A stretch of DNA of 63,998 nt, the filler included, from Dimargaris cristalligena (lineage: Eukaryota), in NCBI GenBank assembly GCA_003614675.1. It is 9 parts of 9 records of this genome, joined end to end, with 100 filler letters (N's around TTAATTAATTAA, not from the genome) between each part and the next. Parts side by side here need not be neighbours in the genome. Positions count along the whole stretch, not along the records: positions 21,499 to 28,521 come from ML003458.1; positions 28,622 to 35,625 come from ML003459.1; 7 more parts are not named here. The stretch is one strand, 5' to 3'. A model generated the notes under the pieces. It was given only the letters and a program-made list of their open reading frames with translations. It made no database searches and had not been told where the DNA came from. Positions 21,587 to 33,900 of the stretch are shown piece after piece (the stretch's first letter is position 1; the number at the start of each line of letters is the position of its first letter). A program made the translations under genes and the position numbers.

Positions 21587-22880
21587 CACGGTCTGACCAA
21601 AAAGTTTTATTACTGGGGCTGTAAAATTGGTTTCACATGCACCATCTTTTATTATGAAACAGTTTTAAATAGATAAATAAAAACTCTATTGTGGGAAAAT
21701 TTGAAAGCTGTAGTATTTTTAGTTTTTTTACTATACTATTTTTCCTACCTCATCATGTATTCAAAATTTGATATCCAATTGAACATTAAGCTCTGTTATA
21801 AGCTTGGAAAAAGTGTCAATGAGACCCTAGAGATAATCCAAAATATCCATGGGGATGGTGCTATAACCCTTAGGACTATTTTCCATTTGTTTGCAAGCTT
21901 TAAAGAAGATTGGAAGGAGATCAAGGATAACTCCCATTCAGGATGCCTAAAGGAAGGGTGTAGCAAGAAACACATCCAAATAGTTGCTGATATCCTGAAA
22001 ACTGACTGGCAGATAACCACCCAATTACTTAAGGATATGACTGGAATACTTAGAGGTCCACTACTAACAGGATTCTGGTTGAGGATTTACTGAAAAAGAT
22101 CTGCACCCAGTTTATCCCCCATTAGCTAACCAATGACTAAATGATGTCCAGAGTGGACTATAGCTTGGATATACAGAAAATGGGTGAAAATGACCAAAAT
22201 TTTGCTGGAAGTATTGTTGCTGGTGATGAGACTTGGTGCTTCCAATATGAGCCATTAACAAAACATAATAGCTCTAAGTGGGTAGGTACTCGAGATCCAA
22301 GACTGAAGAAATCACACCTTCAACTGAGCCAAATCAAGACTTTGCTTACTATTTTCTTTGACTCTAAGGGGATTATCTACTAGGAATTTACTCCCCAAAG
22401 CCAAACAGTCACTGGTCATTACTACCTGGGAGTCTTAATACACCTACTGGCAAGGATCAACTGTGTAAGGCTAGAGTACAAGAAGTAAGGATCCTGGAGT
22501 ATCCTCTATGATAATACACCTGTACACAAGTGTAAAATTATCTGGGCATGTTTAGCTAAAAGAGGTGTAGTAGTACTTAACCACCTACTGTATTCACCTG
22601 ATCTAGCCCCAGCTGACTTCTGGCTATTCCCAAAACTTAAGCTGGATATAAAAGGGGAGCATTACAGCTCTATACAGGACATCTAAGACACTGTGACTGA
22701 CATCCTAAAGGGTATCTCAAAGGATGGATTTCTAAGCTACTTCCACTCATTATTTAGGCGATTCCAGTGGTGTATTAATGAAAAAGGATCTTATTTTGAA
22801 TAAACAGAAAAAAATATGTAAATATCTTAAACTATTTACATTTTAGAGCACTAGTAATAAAACTTTTGGGTTAGACCATG
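21587..22880 (+). mobile_element. Full-length mariner (DD34D) transposon, 1294 bp, inactive
   Basis: TA on both sides (21585-6, 22881-2). ~40-bp imperfect TIRs: CACGGTCTGACCAAAAAGTTTTATTACTGGGGCTGTAAAA vs CATGGTCTAACCCAAAAGTTTTATTACTAGTGCTCTAAAA. Confidence 0.95.
21755..22803 (+). pseudogene. Mariner transposase pseudogene
   Basis: HTH start NIKLCYKLGKSVNETL, then IVAGDETWCFQYEP and YDNTPVH...YSPDLAPADFWLFPKLK with 34 residues between the 2nd and 3rd Asp; ends GSYFE*. Frameshift near 22050-22090; stops at 22138, 22381, 22486, 22684. Confidence 0.95.
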
Positions 22881-22934
22881 TATTTATAAGTTTTATCATT
22901 AATACATAAATCCTCACTACTGAGAAGATCCATA

Positions 22935-23209
22935 TAGGTGAAATTCGACCCAGCTATATATGGGTGAAGTTTAGCTTGGTTGTATAAGGTTTTAACCAAT
23001 ATGTGTATGGGGAAATCGGTGAGATGTTTATTTTCAACTAGTAGTATTTGCCTCATCAAATGGATTTTTCATTATACAGCCTTAAACTACTCCCATATGG
23101 TTTTGAATGATATGTGTATGGGAAGATAGGCGGGATATTCATGTTTAACCAGTAGTATTCGCCTTAACAAACGGATTTCTTGTTATATAACCTGGTAGAA
23201 CCTTTCCCA
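22935..23209 (-). mobile_element. Nested MITE pair: younger copy 22961-23095 inserted at a TA inside an older copy
   Basis: The outer copy is split between AAAACCA-TA and TA-TATAGCTGGG. Removing the inner copy plus one TA restores the spacing seen in the 45596 copy. Confidence 0.85.
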
Positions 23210-23419
23210 TATTGCGACTACTCAGTAGAAGCATAGGCTGGTTAGTAGTTATGTTTACCTGATAATGCCCCGGTCCCAGCCAACAAACACCGCATTAGAC
23301 CATGTGACAGCTTATATATAGTGGAGGTTACATTGATGCCATTTTCTTTGATTTGGGACTAATGTCGAGTAGAAGGGCATCCTTCTAATAATGATGCATC
23401 TCCCACATCTCTGTATATA

Positions 23420-23557
23420 TAGGTGGAGTTCAGTGTAGCTCTATAAGATTTTGAATGGTACAGGTATGGGAAAATATATGGGAGGTTCATTTTTAACCAG
23501 TGGCTTTTGCCTCATCCAACGGATTTTTTGTTACACAGTCTGGTTGAACCTATCCCA
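23420..23557 (-). mobile_element. ~138-bp MITE family, diverged copy
   Basis: TA-flanked, with recognisable TIRs and GCCTCATC..ACGGATTTTT.GTTA.ACAG core. Confidence 0.8.
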
Positions 23558-24012
23558 TATGAATAACACCGGTATACCTATATTATTGAAAACATATAAG
23601 TGAATAAACCATACAATCCTGAAATATTAAGGATATATAGTAGGATACTCTAGATATTAAATGGGAAGTAGGGATTGGAAATGGCATTAGTTCCTAGGGG
23701 CTGATAAAGAGCCTTAATTAGAGTAAGGCAGTAGTAATATGCCGAGAAAGGTAATAAATAATTTCGATATACCTTTCTTAGTCAATAATTAAGAGCCAAT
23801 AGAGTGAACGATAACCAATTGGCGCATCAAATCAAATATGGGGAAATAAGTGTACATAGAAAGAAGTAGAATAAGAGAGAGGGGGGGTGGCCAATACCGG
23901 TTTGGTCAACCGAAAAATAAGGGGTAAACCGTAACATCGATATATAAATATAATCCGATGGGTAAACAAAAAACAAACGAACAGAACATGGTATCCATAG
24001 ACGAAGAAATGG

Positions 24013-25299
24013 TTAGTTATACATGGCCTTGCACGAGTCAAAAATGGCGGCGCAAGTAAGATTTTTACACCAGGGACAAATGTTAGTCAAATCATCCTTG
24101 TCGTAGAAAGTGACCAGACCGGTGGTGAACAAAGTAATGATAACGGCCACCGAAATAACCCAGGCCACAAGGCGAATCCATTTAGTGTATTTATCGAAGG
24201 GCAGGTTAGACAGAAAGATGAGACCCGCGAAGAGACCGGCGATGAAGCCACCGATATGGGCGAAATTGTCGATACCGGGCAATAGACCGAGCACGAAGGA
24301 CAGGCCAATGACAATGACGAATTTGGAGAGCTCTAGGCACGGATTATGAATGCGATGCCAGTTAAATAGGATCTCCAAGAGTTGGCAGGCGAGGAGGCCG
24401 AAAAGGGCGCCTGATGCCCCCACGGAGGCGAATAAAGGGGGCGATAGGATTGATCCTAGAATGATGCCACCTATACCACTGAGTATGTAAATGGCGCCGA
24501 AGCGCCACCAACCGATTTCCCGTTCCAGTTGGCTGCCGTAGGACAGCTGGTGAAGCAGATTGAAGAGTAGGTGGAGTACGCCGGCGTGGAGGAATATCGG
24601 GAGAACAAAACGGAAGCCCTGGTCCGGGGTACCGTCGGGCTTAAATCCATCGAAGCCGCACAGCTGCTCCCAGGTACAGGTGGTGTTAGTGGAATAGATG
24701 CCGCCGTCCTGCAGACAAGGAGCGGGCTGGTTGCTGTACGGGCCGGGGCGCATACAGGGCACAAAACGGGCACCGGTGTAGATGAGGGTAGCGGTGGAGG
24801 GGCCAATCATATAATTGAAGGGGCTGGTTTGAATGACACTACCAGTGAGTTGGTGGTTGATAATGAGCTCGACGACGAGGGCGATAACCTGGCCGAGGGT
24901 AAAAAGCCATACGACCCACGGCTGGCGTCGACGCAGGAAGGTAGTGGGGCCCCGGGCCTGGGGGTCAACTGTCTTGATGTCCACCAGCGGAATCACGGGG
25001 TGGGCCAAGGCGTTCTGGGAGTACTTGTCGGACACCATACCCAGGGCTGGGGCAGCGGGTGGTGAGCCGTACGGGACGGGGCCGCCAGCGGCATAGTAGC
25101 CGCCCTCGAGCTGGGGGGGTTGTGTTGAGTGGGAGTAGCCGGAGCTGTAGTATGACGAAGCAGCACCCGGGCCCGAGACGCTGGAAGGTGGCGGGTGGGG
25201 GTGGATGGCTAGATTATCGGAGGGGCTGGGAAACTCCCGGATAGGCTGATGGGCGAAGTCCGTGTGGTAAGGCCCCGCAGGTTCGAAGCGGCCGTTCAT
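24013..25299 (-). CDS. Rhomboid family intramembrane serine protease (428 aa)
   Basis: IFLHAGVLHLLFN, LEREIGWWRF..IY..SG, catalytic SVGASG and IDNFAHIGG; seven hydrophobic segments; C-terminal CPWCKNLTC. Confidence 0.96.
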   Translation of the reverse strand: MNGRFEPAGPYHTDFAHQPIREFPSPSDNLAIHPHPPPSSVSGPGAASSYYSSGYSHSTQPPQLEGGYYAAGGPVPYGSPPAAPALGMVSDKYSQNALAHPVIPLVDIKTVDPQARGPTTFLRRRQPWVVWLFTLGQVIALVVELIINHQLTGSVIQTSPFNYMIGPSTATLIYTGARFVPCMRPGPYSNQPAPCLQDGGIYSTNTTCTWEQLCGFDGFKPDGTPDQGFRFVLPIFLHAGVLHLLFNLLHQLSYGSQLEREIGWWRFGAIYILSGIGGIILGSILSPPLFASVGASGALFGLLACQLLEILFNWHRIHNPCLELSKFVIVIGLSFVLGLLPGIDNFAHIGGFIAGLFAGLIFLSNLPFDKYTKWIRLVAWVISVAVIITLFTTGLVTFYDKDDLTNICPWCKNLTCAAIFDSCKAMYN

Positions 25300-26085
25300 A
25301 ATGTCGGAGTAAGAGGGTCGTTTGGAGCCCTGCGGCAGAGCGTGATTAGGGTGGAATAAGGAAGAAAAGGGTGGCTAAACTAGTCGAATAGGCGAAGGGA
25401 TGAGGCGCAGGTTCCAAAGGACCGGTACTGGCTATTAGCGGAGCAACAAAATAAAACAGGTGGGAGCAGAGTTGCCGAATTAGAATCAACCAGCTGTTAG
25501 CTGGTGTGCTGTATTATACTAAAGCAACCCAGTGGGGAAAGGGGTTTTAGGTCAGGCCAAGTACTTTAAAAACAGTTGATAAATTGGTAGCCCGTGGCGG
25601 AGAAAAAGGCCAAGGACGGATAAAAGGGGGGCAATGGTATTATTAATATTATTATTATATACAGCGCCCCCTTCATAGAAGAGCGCACCCGGAAAGCAGC
25701 GATAGAGGAAGCAGGCGGCCCAAAATGAGTTACACCAACTGAACATCCATCGAATGGCTTGGCGGATGGTAAGAGTGAGTGGGAGTGAACCTATTGTTCT
25801 TTTATATATCTCTGTGCATATAAAACCCGACCCTTTCTTAAATTCCATAATAATCATAATGATATATATTTAAGAAGGAGAATAGTTCAGAACTATCGCC
25901 AATTAAACGAGTGCGCGCCAATTGCCTCGTCGCAGTTACTTACGCTACAGCATATACAGCCAATGGAGGGGCCTTCAATGGTAAATCCCCACTGGTGGTT
26001 TTTAATAGAAAAGGCACCGAGCAGAGTATAGAGCTTTCCATTGGAGTTTGCCCTTTCGTTTTACCATGGTGCTTGTATATATATA

Positions 26086-26223
26086 TGGGAGTAGTTCAAA
26101 AAGGCTGTATAACGAAAAATCCATTTGATGAGGCAAATACTACTGGTTGAAAATAAACATCCCATCGATTTTCCCATACACATATTGGTTAAAACCTTAT
26201 ACAACCAAGCTGAACTTCACTCA
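26086..26223 (+). mobile_element. ~138-bp MITE family, young copy
   Basis: TA-TGGGAGTAGTTCA...TGAACTTCACTCA-TA inside a (TA)n tract; very close to the reverse complement of 22961-23095. Confidence 0.9.
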
Positions 26224-27087
26224 TATATATACATATGCGTGTGTATTATATAGGCGGAAGGGTTATTAGTTCAGTACCGCATCGCACTGGAACTACATTG
26301 GCGGTGCTGGGGAACTAGTGTTTAACCACACCACTGCACTGCACTGGCTTCATAATTAATCCCCGCAGGCACAGTCCCTTTGACAAATCCCCCACCCAGG
26401 CGTGCATGACATCATCTACCCAATAGAGCCAGTACTTTAAAAGAAGGTGGATTATTAGTTTGATTGATTGATTTACTCGGCTGCTCGGGATTTAAATGCC
26501 GGGTTTCTATAGTCGTATATGATTTGGGTTAGTTTATCTATAGGCTTGGCCACCACTACAATGCTAAACAGGCCTGTTGTTTATATATAACAACCAAACG
26601 GACGGCGACTGGTTGTTATTCAGTACAAAAGAAAAGCACCGGGATACCAATCTAAACCAGCAGCTCTAATGTTGGATGGGCCATCGATCATCCCTCTCGC
26701 TCTCCTACCCATATCCTAAGGTGGGGTGGTCGCGTAGTTCGGATCCCCAAATCATTTATAGACAAGGCGGTTGATCGAGTGTATTCCTGGAAGAAAAAAG
26801 GTTTCGCTGGTCCAACCCACAGGTGGTGATTTTGTTGGGATAGTTGGGTAAAGGCAGCCCTTTAAGGTGTGCTCACTAAAAAACTGCTCTATTGGATTAT
26901 CTCTCACCAACCTGCAAAGGAGAAGCAAAACATTGAAAAAAGGGTTCCTGGGCTTCGGTTACACTGGCGTGCTGGTTGATAATGCGCTTTTATTTTTGAG
27001 TTTAGCTATAGCATTTCCGCTTAGAAAGTATAGCATAAGTTCTAGCATTCCCTTGTAAGTTGGAGCAGCTTCTCCCATCTAGCCTAA

Positions 27088-27117
27088 TAGCATATAGCAT
27101 ATAGCATATAGCATAGT
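27088..27117. repeat. (ATAGCAT)n 7-bp tandem repeat, ~4 units
   Basis: ATAGCATATAGCATATAGCATATAGCATAG. Confidence 0.9.
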
Positions 27118-27523
27118 TGTTCCCCCCGCTTGCGTCGGGAGTGCGTTACTTCTTCCCCCAAGGGCTTCCTTCTCATCCAGCCCGTCTCTTTCTCCTCTCT
27201 CTCTCTCTCTTTCTCCCTCTTTCTCCCTCTTTCACTTATTATATCCCCCCTTGTACCGCCCTAGCCGGCCATCCCCGACCTGCGCCCCGACGCTACTCGG
27301 TTCCCCATGTCCTCAACATATATTGCTAACTCTTATCCTACCCTCAGTTCCTAGGCATCTTCCTTCAAGGCTGGCTATTCCCGCTCTCTACGTTTAGTAT
27401 TTCCTCTTTTGCGCCGTACTCCTTCTACCTTTGCTACTCTTCTATTTTTAACCCATACCCTCTCGATAACTCTAAAGTCCAGTACCACCTCAGCGCTGGC
27501 CTGAAGTTGTCCTCATTCCTTCT

Positions 27524-28521
27524 ATGCCGCCCAACTTTGAGCATCTTCAGGCGTCCAGTCCCCCTGTCTACCGTATCCATTCCGATCCCTCCAACCCCTA
27601 TCGGTCGTCCAGCAATGCTAAACCCCACTCTCTGCCCAGCCAGCAGCACTCGCGGCCTCCCAACTTCTCGCCCCAGCGTCGTCTAGCCCCGGACCAGTCC
27701 CGGAGCGCCTCCCCCAAACCTCCAAACCCACCCCAGGCCGCCTCTAGTCCTGGGACACGGCTCCCCCACCACCATGCATACCACGGACCGCCCCCCGCAA
27801 CTCAGCCAAACCTTCACTTAACCCCGCCAGCGGCCTCCCAAGGGGGCATCCGCCTGCCGCTTCATTTGCCCCCTCCCATTGAAGTGACCTTTCTTAATGA
27901 CGAACCACCCGCCCAGCGTGGCCGGAGTCCCATCGGCCGTAAACCCACAGGTTATATTCGCCGCCAACCGCCCATCAATAATAAAGGGGCGCGCCGCACT
28001 TCTTACCGTCCCGAGGAACCTAGGCCCGAGCCACCGCCGACCATTCGGCATAAGTCCCAGCCCAATATCCACCGCGTTGCCCCCGATGGTCCGCCCCGTG
28101 AATTAATCCCTCATGCCCAACGCAATGCCCGCGATACCGCGACCCATGGTCCCCCACTCCGGGAACCATTATTACCCTATCCTCACCCGCCCCTCCAGCA
28201 GCGGTCTAGCACTCTCCCTCCGCAATCCACCCTTCCCCCATCGGCCCGGCGGCGACGACAACTCAATCTACGGCGCTCCAAGACTCTCAGCATCATCGGC
28301 CGGGATGCGACCGCTATCCACTTACAGGAGGCCCTCATGTCTCCCCTCGATGCCTTGATCCAGCATTTTTCGTCCGAGTTGGCCGGTCTAAGCCAAGCTG
28401 CCAAGTCCTCGGGCCCTCATAGTAACCACCCGCCCCCTCCTCACTGGGACCGTTCCCAGCCTCCCCCCCGCACTTTGGTTCCCTCGCCCATCCAGCGCTC
28501 TAACACCTGGGACCCCATCCC
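27524..28521 (+). CDS. Proline-rich disordered N-terminus of a protein truncated by the contig end
   Basis: ATG after a pyrimidine-rich leader; GC-rich frame open to the gap. No domain recognised. Confidence 0.7.
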
Positions 28522-30973
28522 NNNNNNNNNNNNNNNNNNNNNNNNNNNNNNNNNNNNNNNNNNNNTTAATTAATTAANNNNNNNNNNNNNNNNNNNNNNN
28601 NNNNNNNNNNNNNNNNNNNNNGTTATAGTCATACTGAGTTGAGCATCTTGGGCATTCGAACAAGATGACTAGAGAATTATGGCTTCTGGTCCAGCTGCCG
28701 GCTCCATTGATATAATTTATGATACGATTATATTTCTCTTCAGGTAGGAGGTACCTTTTTTAATTAGCGAGTGACCATGTCCCACAGGCTCCTCCCCTCG
28801 CCGTCCTGCTCCTAATTGAATGGTCGGTGGTTTCCTATCTGTGATTGATTGTATCACCAACATCGTTGGAACATCCCTCAGACCCCCCCCCCTTCGGGAA
28901 GAGTCCCGCTAGTCAACACCCAATAATGGTCACATTGCTGTAGGTCAGTCACAGTCAACCTACTTATTGCAATAAAGAAAAGAAAAAATAAAAATCGCCC
29001 CCCTTCGTCTAAGTAGATTGCCAAAATCTCGTATTTCATAACCCCCTCCTCCGCCCCTATTTTCGCGACCTGATAATGGGCGTTTAGGTCTTTGTTGTAT
29101 CAAATGCGCCCTTTTGCGACCCCCTTGCCAGCGACAATCCCATAGTTGCTTCTCACCACATTCCGCCCAATATTCTGTGGCAGGGCCAATACCAGTGGTA
29201 TTGTTGAAGTGACGCAGTCCTGCTCGAGCAAGACTACTCGATTCCTAATTTACCGGAGAGTCGAATCTCGCGATTAGTAATTGATAAGTTTTGTCATCAA
29301 AGGGCAACGGAAATGTATCACCAGCCAGCCTTCCATTATTTATAAAATGATTTTCCCGCGACCTATGCCTATGCCTATAGTCCAGCCCCCCTCGACTATA
29401 ATTCGCATATTAAGCAGGGTATTGATTCACTCAGTGGCATTCTTGAGCCTAGTCCGGGCGGAAACCAGCCAGTAGTACCATTTTCCTTTTCGAACAAGAA
29501 CACTAGCACTGTCAATGGAACCGGTTTAAAATAGACCTCCAGAATAGGGGTACATTCAGTGCCTATAATTCGGGATGTGCCAAGATGTTAGTGATTCCAT
29601 AATATTTAGGTTTTCAATTGGCTAGCGATTACTTTTAGTAGCCGAGGAAAGGAAAGGAAGGGGCGATTGTAATAAAAATAGTATACAGTGCCAAAAAAAT
29701 ACCATGCATATCGGCTACGCTTAAATTCATCAATACCGTCAACCGGAGGAAAGGATGAGAGGGGGGATGGGGATTCATCTACAAAGCAAGGTGTATGGCA
29801 GTGGACCACCGCCCGTATCTCTCTCTCTTTCTCCATGCATCAAGACACTGGAAAGAGGTCCGGCTATGCAGAGCTTTTCCAAATGCTCCCAATCGCATCG
29901 GGAAAGCTGAGCCGTTTGGTGGTGAAGCGAGAAGCGTCGGCTGTGTACCTGCAGATTTGCTTAACGAGGTGGAGGAGATGAAAGAAAGGGCAATGGGGAG
30001 AGAGGGCGATCATGAATCTTTAGTAATGAGATGGGTAATCCGTTCGGCCCAAAATAGAGTAGTCAGGGCGGGTCGTTGAAGGTACAAGTGGAAGGAAGGT
30101 AGAGGGGTCTAAATTCAGGTTTCGGAGGTCAGAAGAGAAGAGGCGCGGCTATAAAATGTCCGTTCGCCGTCGCCCCCTTCGGGGGTCAAAAACTCTCATT
30201 TACCCACCACCATAGCATTTCTGTATTTTTACACACACACACACGGTTCACCTACCCATTAGGGAATACGTTGATTAGGTCTGTATTGCATTCTATATTT
30301 CGGCATTTCATACACTAGCGAATCTCTTGCATACCAGCCGCCTTGTACAACACCACTATTCTCTATTATGGTTATCGTTTAAATTACGTGTAGGCCAACC
30401 GACATTTATCTGGACTTACAGTTGCTCGTGCGGACACATTGGGGTGACACTGTTGCTAAACTACGCCCATATCTTGTCTTTTATCCATTAGAGCGTTTTT
30501 CCATTTTTATATATAGATATTTCCGTCTCCTTTATTACTTCTACGCAGCAATTACTACCTCACTTTTACTTTAACGATAGTTTAACCACGCACTCCCACT
30601 AGGCCCCCCATCAACTGGACGACGTCTAGTCATCCCAAGAGCACCAAGGATTAATTTATTTGGAGCGGGTACTAACTATTCTGCCCGTGAATGCCGCCCT
30701 AGGATCCCGAGTCTCCAGTTCCTTGACTTGTCCCAGTTTCCCCGAGCACCGCACCCAGTAACCAAAGACCGCCCTTTACTTGTACGCCCGTCTTGCCATA
30801 ACCCTTGTACTTGCCCTTTCTATTCATTTATTACTGCCACATCCGGCCGCCCATCACCACTCGGTTTTCTCTTTAGCCTGACCAGCGGTATTAGTATCCC
30901 TCTCTACTGCCACTGCCACTACTACTACTATTCTTATTCTTTTATTATTTCTATTATCGACTTGGACGCCAGT

Positions 30974-33900
30974 ATGCGGCCACCTTTTCGAGCCTTACTT
31001 CCGGCCATTCTGGGCTGGTGTGCTGTTTCTTTTCACCTGGTCTGCGCCTCTATATTTATCCCGCTCACCAACCAAACATTGAAGGCGTACGACTTTTACG
31101 GCAATACCCGACAGAAGTACATCTCGGTGAGTTCGCCGCTCATTCCCCTCCCTATTACAGGGCCGTCGTGTACTGTAAGTCCAGTGACATCGTCGGGGCT
31201 AAATATTACGAGTTCTTCCTGGACCACCAGCTTTGACAAGGTCATGCTGTTCGTAAGCGGTACGCAGGCCGAGCGGGCCAACTGTGTATCTATGCCACAG
31301 GTAAGTACACCATTCCGCAGGTGGTTTGGCAGAGGGCCGTTTCGGTTAGTTTATTTAGGCAACCGAAAGGTTAGGCGTGTCTGCATTATGCTCTGGACTA
31401 GCGACATGCGGCGTAGTACGAATTGGTTGAATATGCGCAGTATCAGCTAGCCCTATTCGCACTTCGCAACTAGTCAGACGCACATAGTGCCTCGATTTTG
31501 TGTTTTGTGAAGAGCGGGAGGGGGTACCCATCTTGCCCTTGGCTATTTACCATAGTATAAGCGGGAATTGGTTTTTCCCGCTGCTGAGTAGAACGGGGTT
31601 CCTTCATACACTGTCGACTTGTCCGTAGCAGTAGTAGTAGTAGTGGTGCCTCGTTGGGACAGGGAGGGAGATTGGCCCGGGATCTTCCTTTCTTCTGACT
31701 TAATGCGGCCCTGTCACACTGGAACAGGATCTCGATTGCCTGCCACACTACCCGCTCCCCCTGGATTGTGATGATTTTAAATGATCGCCGTGTGATTCAT
31801 TTGTTCCGCCCAGTGGTGCCTACCGTCCTCTAGAGTGGTTGGTCTCTTCTACTGTAGACGCAATCGGGGGACTGTCCAGGGTTTTGGGGAGGGCCTGGCG
31901 TAGTGCTACCCGTTTTTAATTTACAGTGACAACTGGCCCTATAGTATACACGCCTATCTTTCGAGTTAACAATCCCTTGCGATTATTTCATTTAGGAAGA
32001 TTTTCCCCCCTTTTACAAGCTGGGCGGTTTCGACGCCTTCGATTTTCTTCGTGTGATACGACGGCGGGCAACCTTTCCCCCCTCTCTTTCGGCAACTAAC
32101 CAACACCATTCACTGCTCTCTCTCTCTATATTTGGCCACCTCCTTCGGTGCAGATTCTCGACCAACTCATTACTGTCCAAAACTGGCTTTCGAGTGCCCA
32201 CTACCCCCCCGTGTACAACATCATCTTTTCCACCCAAGCGGGCGAGAATGACAGCTTCGGCGGCCCGGACCGGAACAATTACGACTCCTACCAGTCTTAC
32301 CTCCAGACCAACGTGGCCCTGACGGTCGTAAGCTCCGATGCTGAACTCCCCCTGGCCCACCAGGCCGAGCTTTCGCTCACTACGAGTAATCCGGACATGG
32401 TGATTGTGCTCCAGGATAATGGTCCCTGGAACGACCTCTTCGAATCGGTCCTTTTCACGTCCTTGCGCTGGCTGACCCTGGGCCTGCATCTTTTTCTGGC
32501 CATGTTCGCCCTGGGCTACGCCGTAATAACCCGGTTTAAGCAGGGGGCCGCCATGGGTGTTTTGCCCTTGGGAGTGTGGGTGACCTCCTTCCTGTGGCTG
32601 GTGGGTCTAATGGCCTTCCCACCCGGCTGGCCCGCCCTCACCACCCAGGTGGCCTTTGCCAGCGTGACCTTCACCCTCTTTGTGGTGGCTCTCTATGTCA
32701 CAATGCTCCATTGGTTCACCGTCGTAAGCAGCCTCCTGTCCCCCCAGCACCGCCTGTGGCCCTACCGGACCGCGGTCCGTTGGGTCCTCATCCTGCTGGG
32801 CGCTCTGGCCGGCCTCGTCTACACCGCCGCTACATTTGCCTACACCATCAGCTTCAGCCCCAATGCGTTGGTACACGGTGCCCGGCTGGTCAGCGATCGG
32901 CTGTTTTACATGGTGGTGCCCGCCTTTGTGCTGGGGGCGCCTCTAATCACCGTGGGCTTCGCCATTCTGTACCTCCCCGAAAAAAACTACTTCGAAAGCT
33001 CGAAGCGCAATGTCTACGCCCTGGCAAAAAACGTCGCTATATTCCTGGCCCTGGCGAGTTTCAGCGGCGGGGTAGGGCTCGGCGCCTACCTCATTCTCCT
33101 CGGCTACCCCTCCAGTCTGGACAAGATCACTCAGTATGCCGTGGCCTGCCTGATACGGTCCGCCTTTTCCGTTATATTCACCGTGTTGTGGTTCCTATTC
33201 CTCGTTAACCTGACCAAACTCCGAACCATGGGCCAAAAGGGCGGCAGTAGGGCCTCTGACCCCACCAACTCCAACCGGTCCCGGATTAATTCGTGCTCCA
33301 GTACCGCCCCCATGAATCCCGCGGGTACCGACGTCGTCTACAATGACAAACTGGCCTCCCCGGGGTGGACCAGTGGGGACAAGAGTAGCTTCACCGCCGG
33401 AGCGTCCGCTAATTCGTCGCTGATGCTCGACCCCTATCAGACGCCGCCATCGAAACGGGTGGGCCCTACGCCGCCGAAGAAGAAGAAGAAAGGCACCCGG
33501 AAGGGCGACAGCAGTCAGCCCTTCCGCATCAGTAACCCGATTGTGCACATCAACTCCGGTCTGGATCACTACCTTAACGTCCCGGCCGCCCCCCCGGTGC
33601 CCCCTATTCCCTTTGCCATCACCACCACTGCCAACAACACTGGTGCTCCAGCGCCCCACCAGCCCCAGTTGGTGATGGGTCCGGCCCTGATGCCGGCGGA
33701 GGGAATGGGTCTGGCCCCACCCCCGGAATTTCTGAACAGCTATTCCATCGCCGGCGCGTCAGTAGGTGGAACCGCCTCAGGTATCGGCCTACCGGAGCAT
33801 GATTTCCCCTTCCCCGAGGGCCCCCGCGGTAACCTCGACCATTTTGAAGACCAGGACTACGCCACGGACCACTTCCCCCAGGAAAACAGTTTCGCCAGCT

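Noticed and set aside
22935..23557. Clustered similar units resembling a CRISPR-like array
   Set aside because: Units are ~138 bp with TIRs, irregularly spaced and dispersed on other contigs; eukaryotic context with no cas genes.
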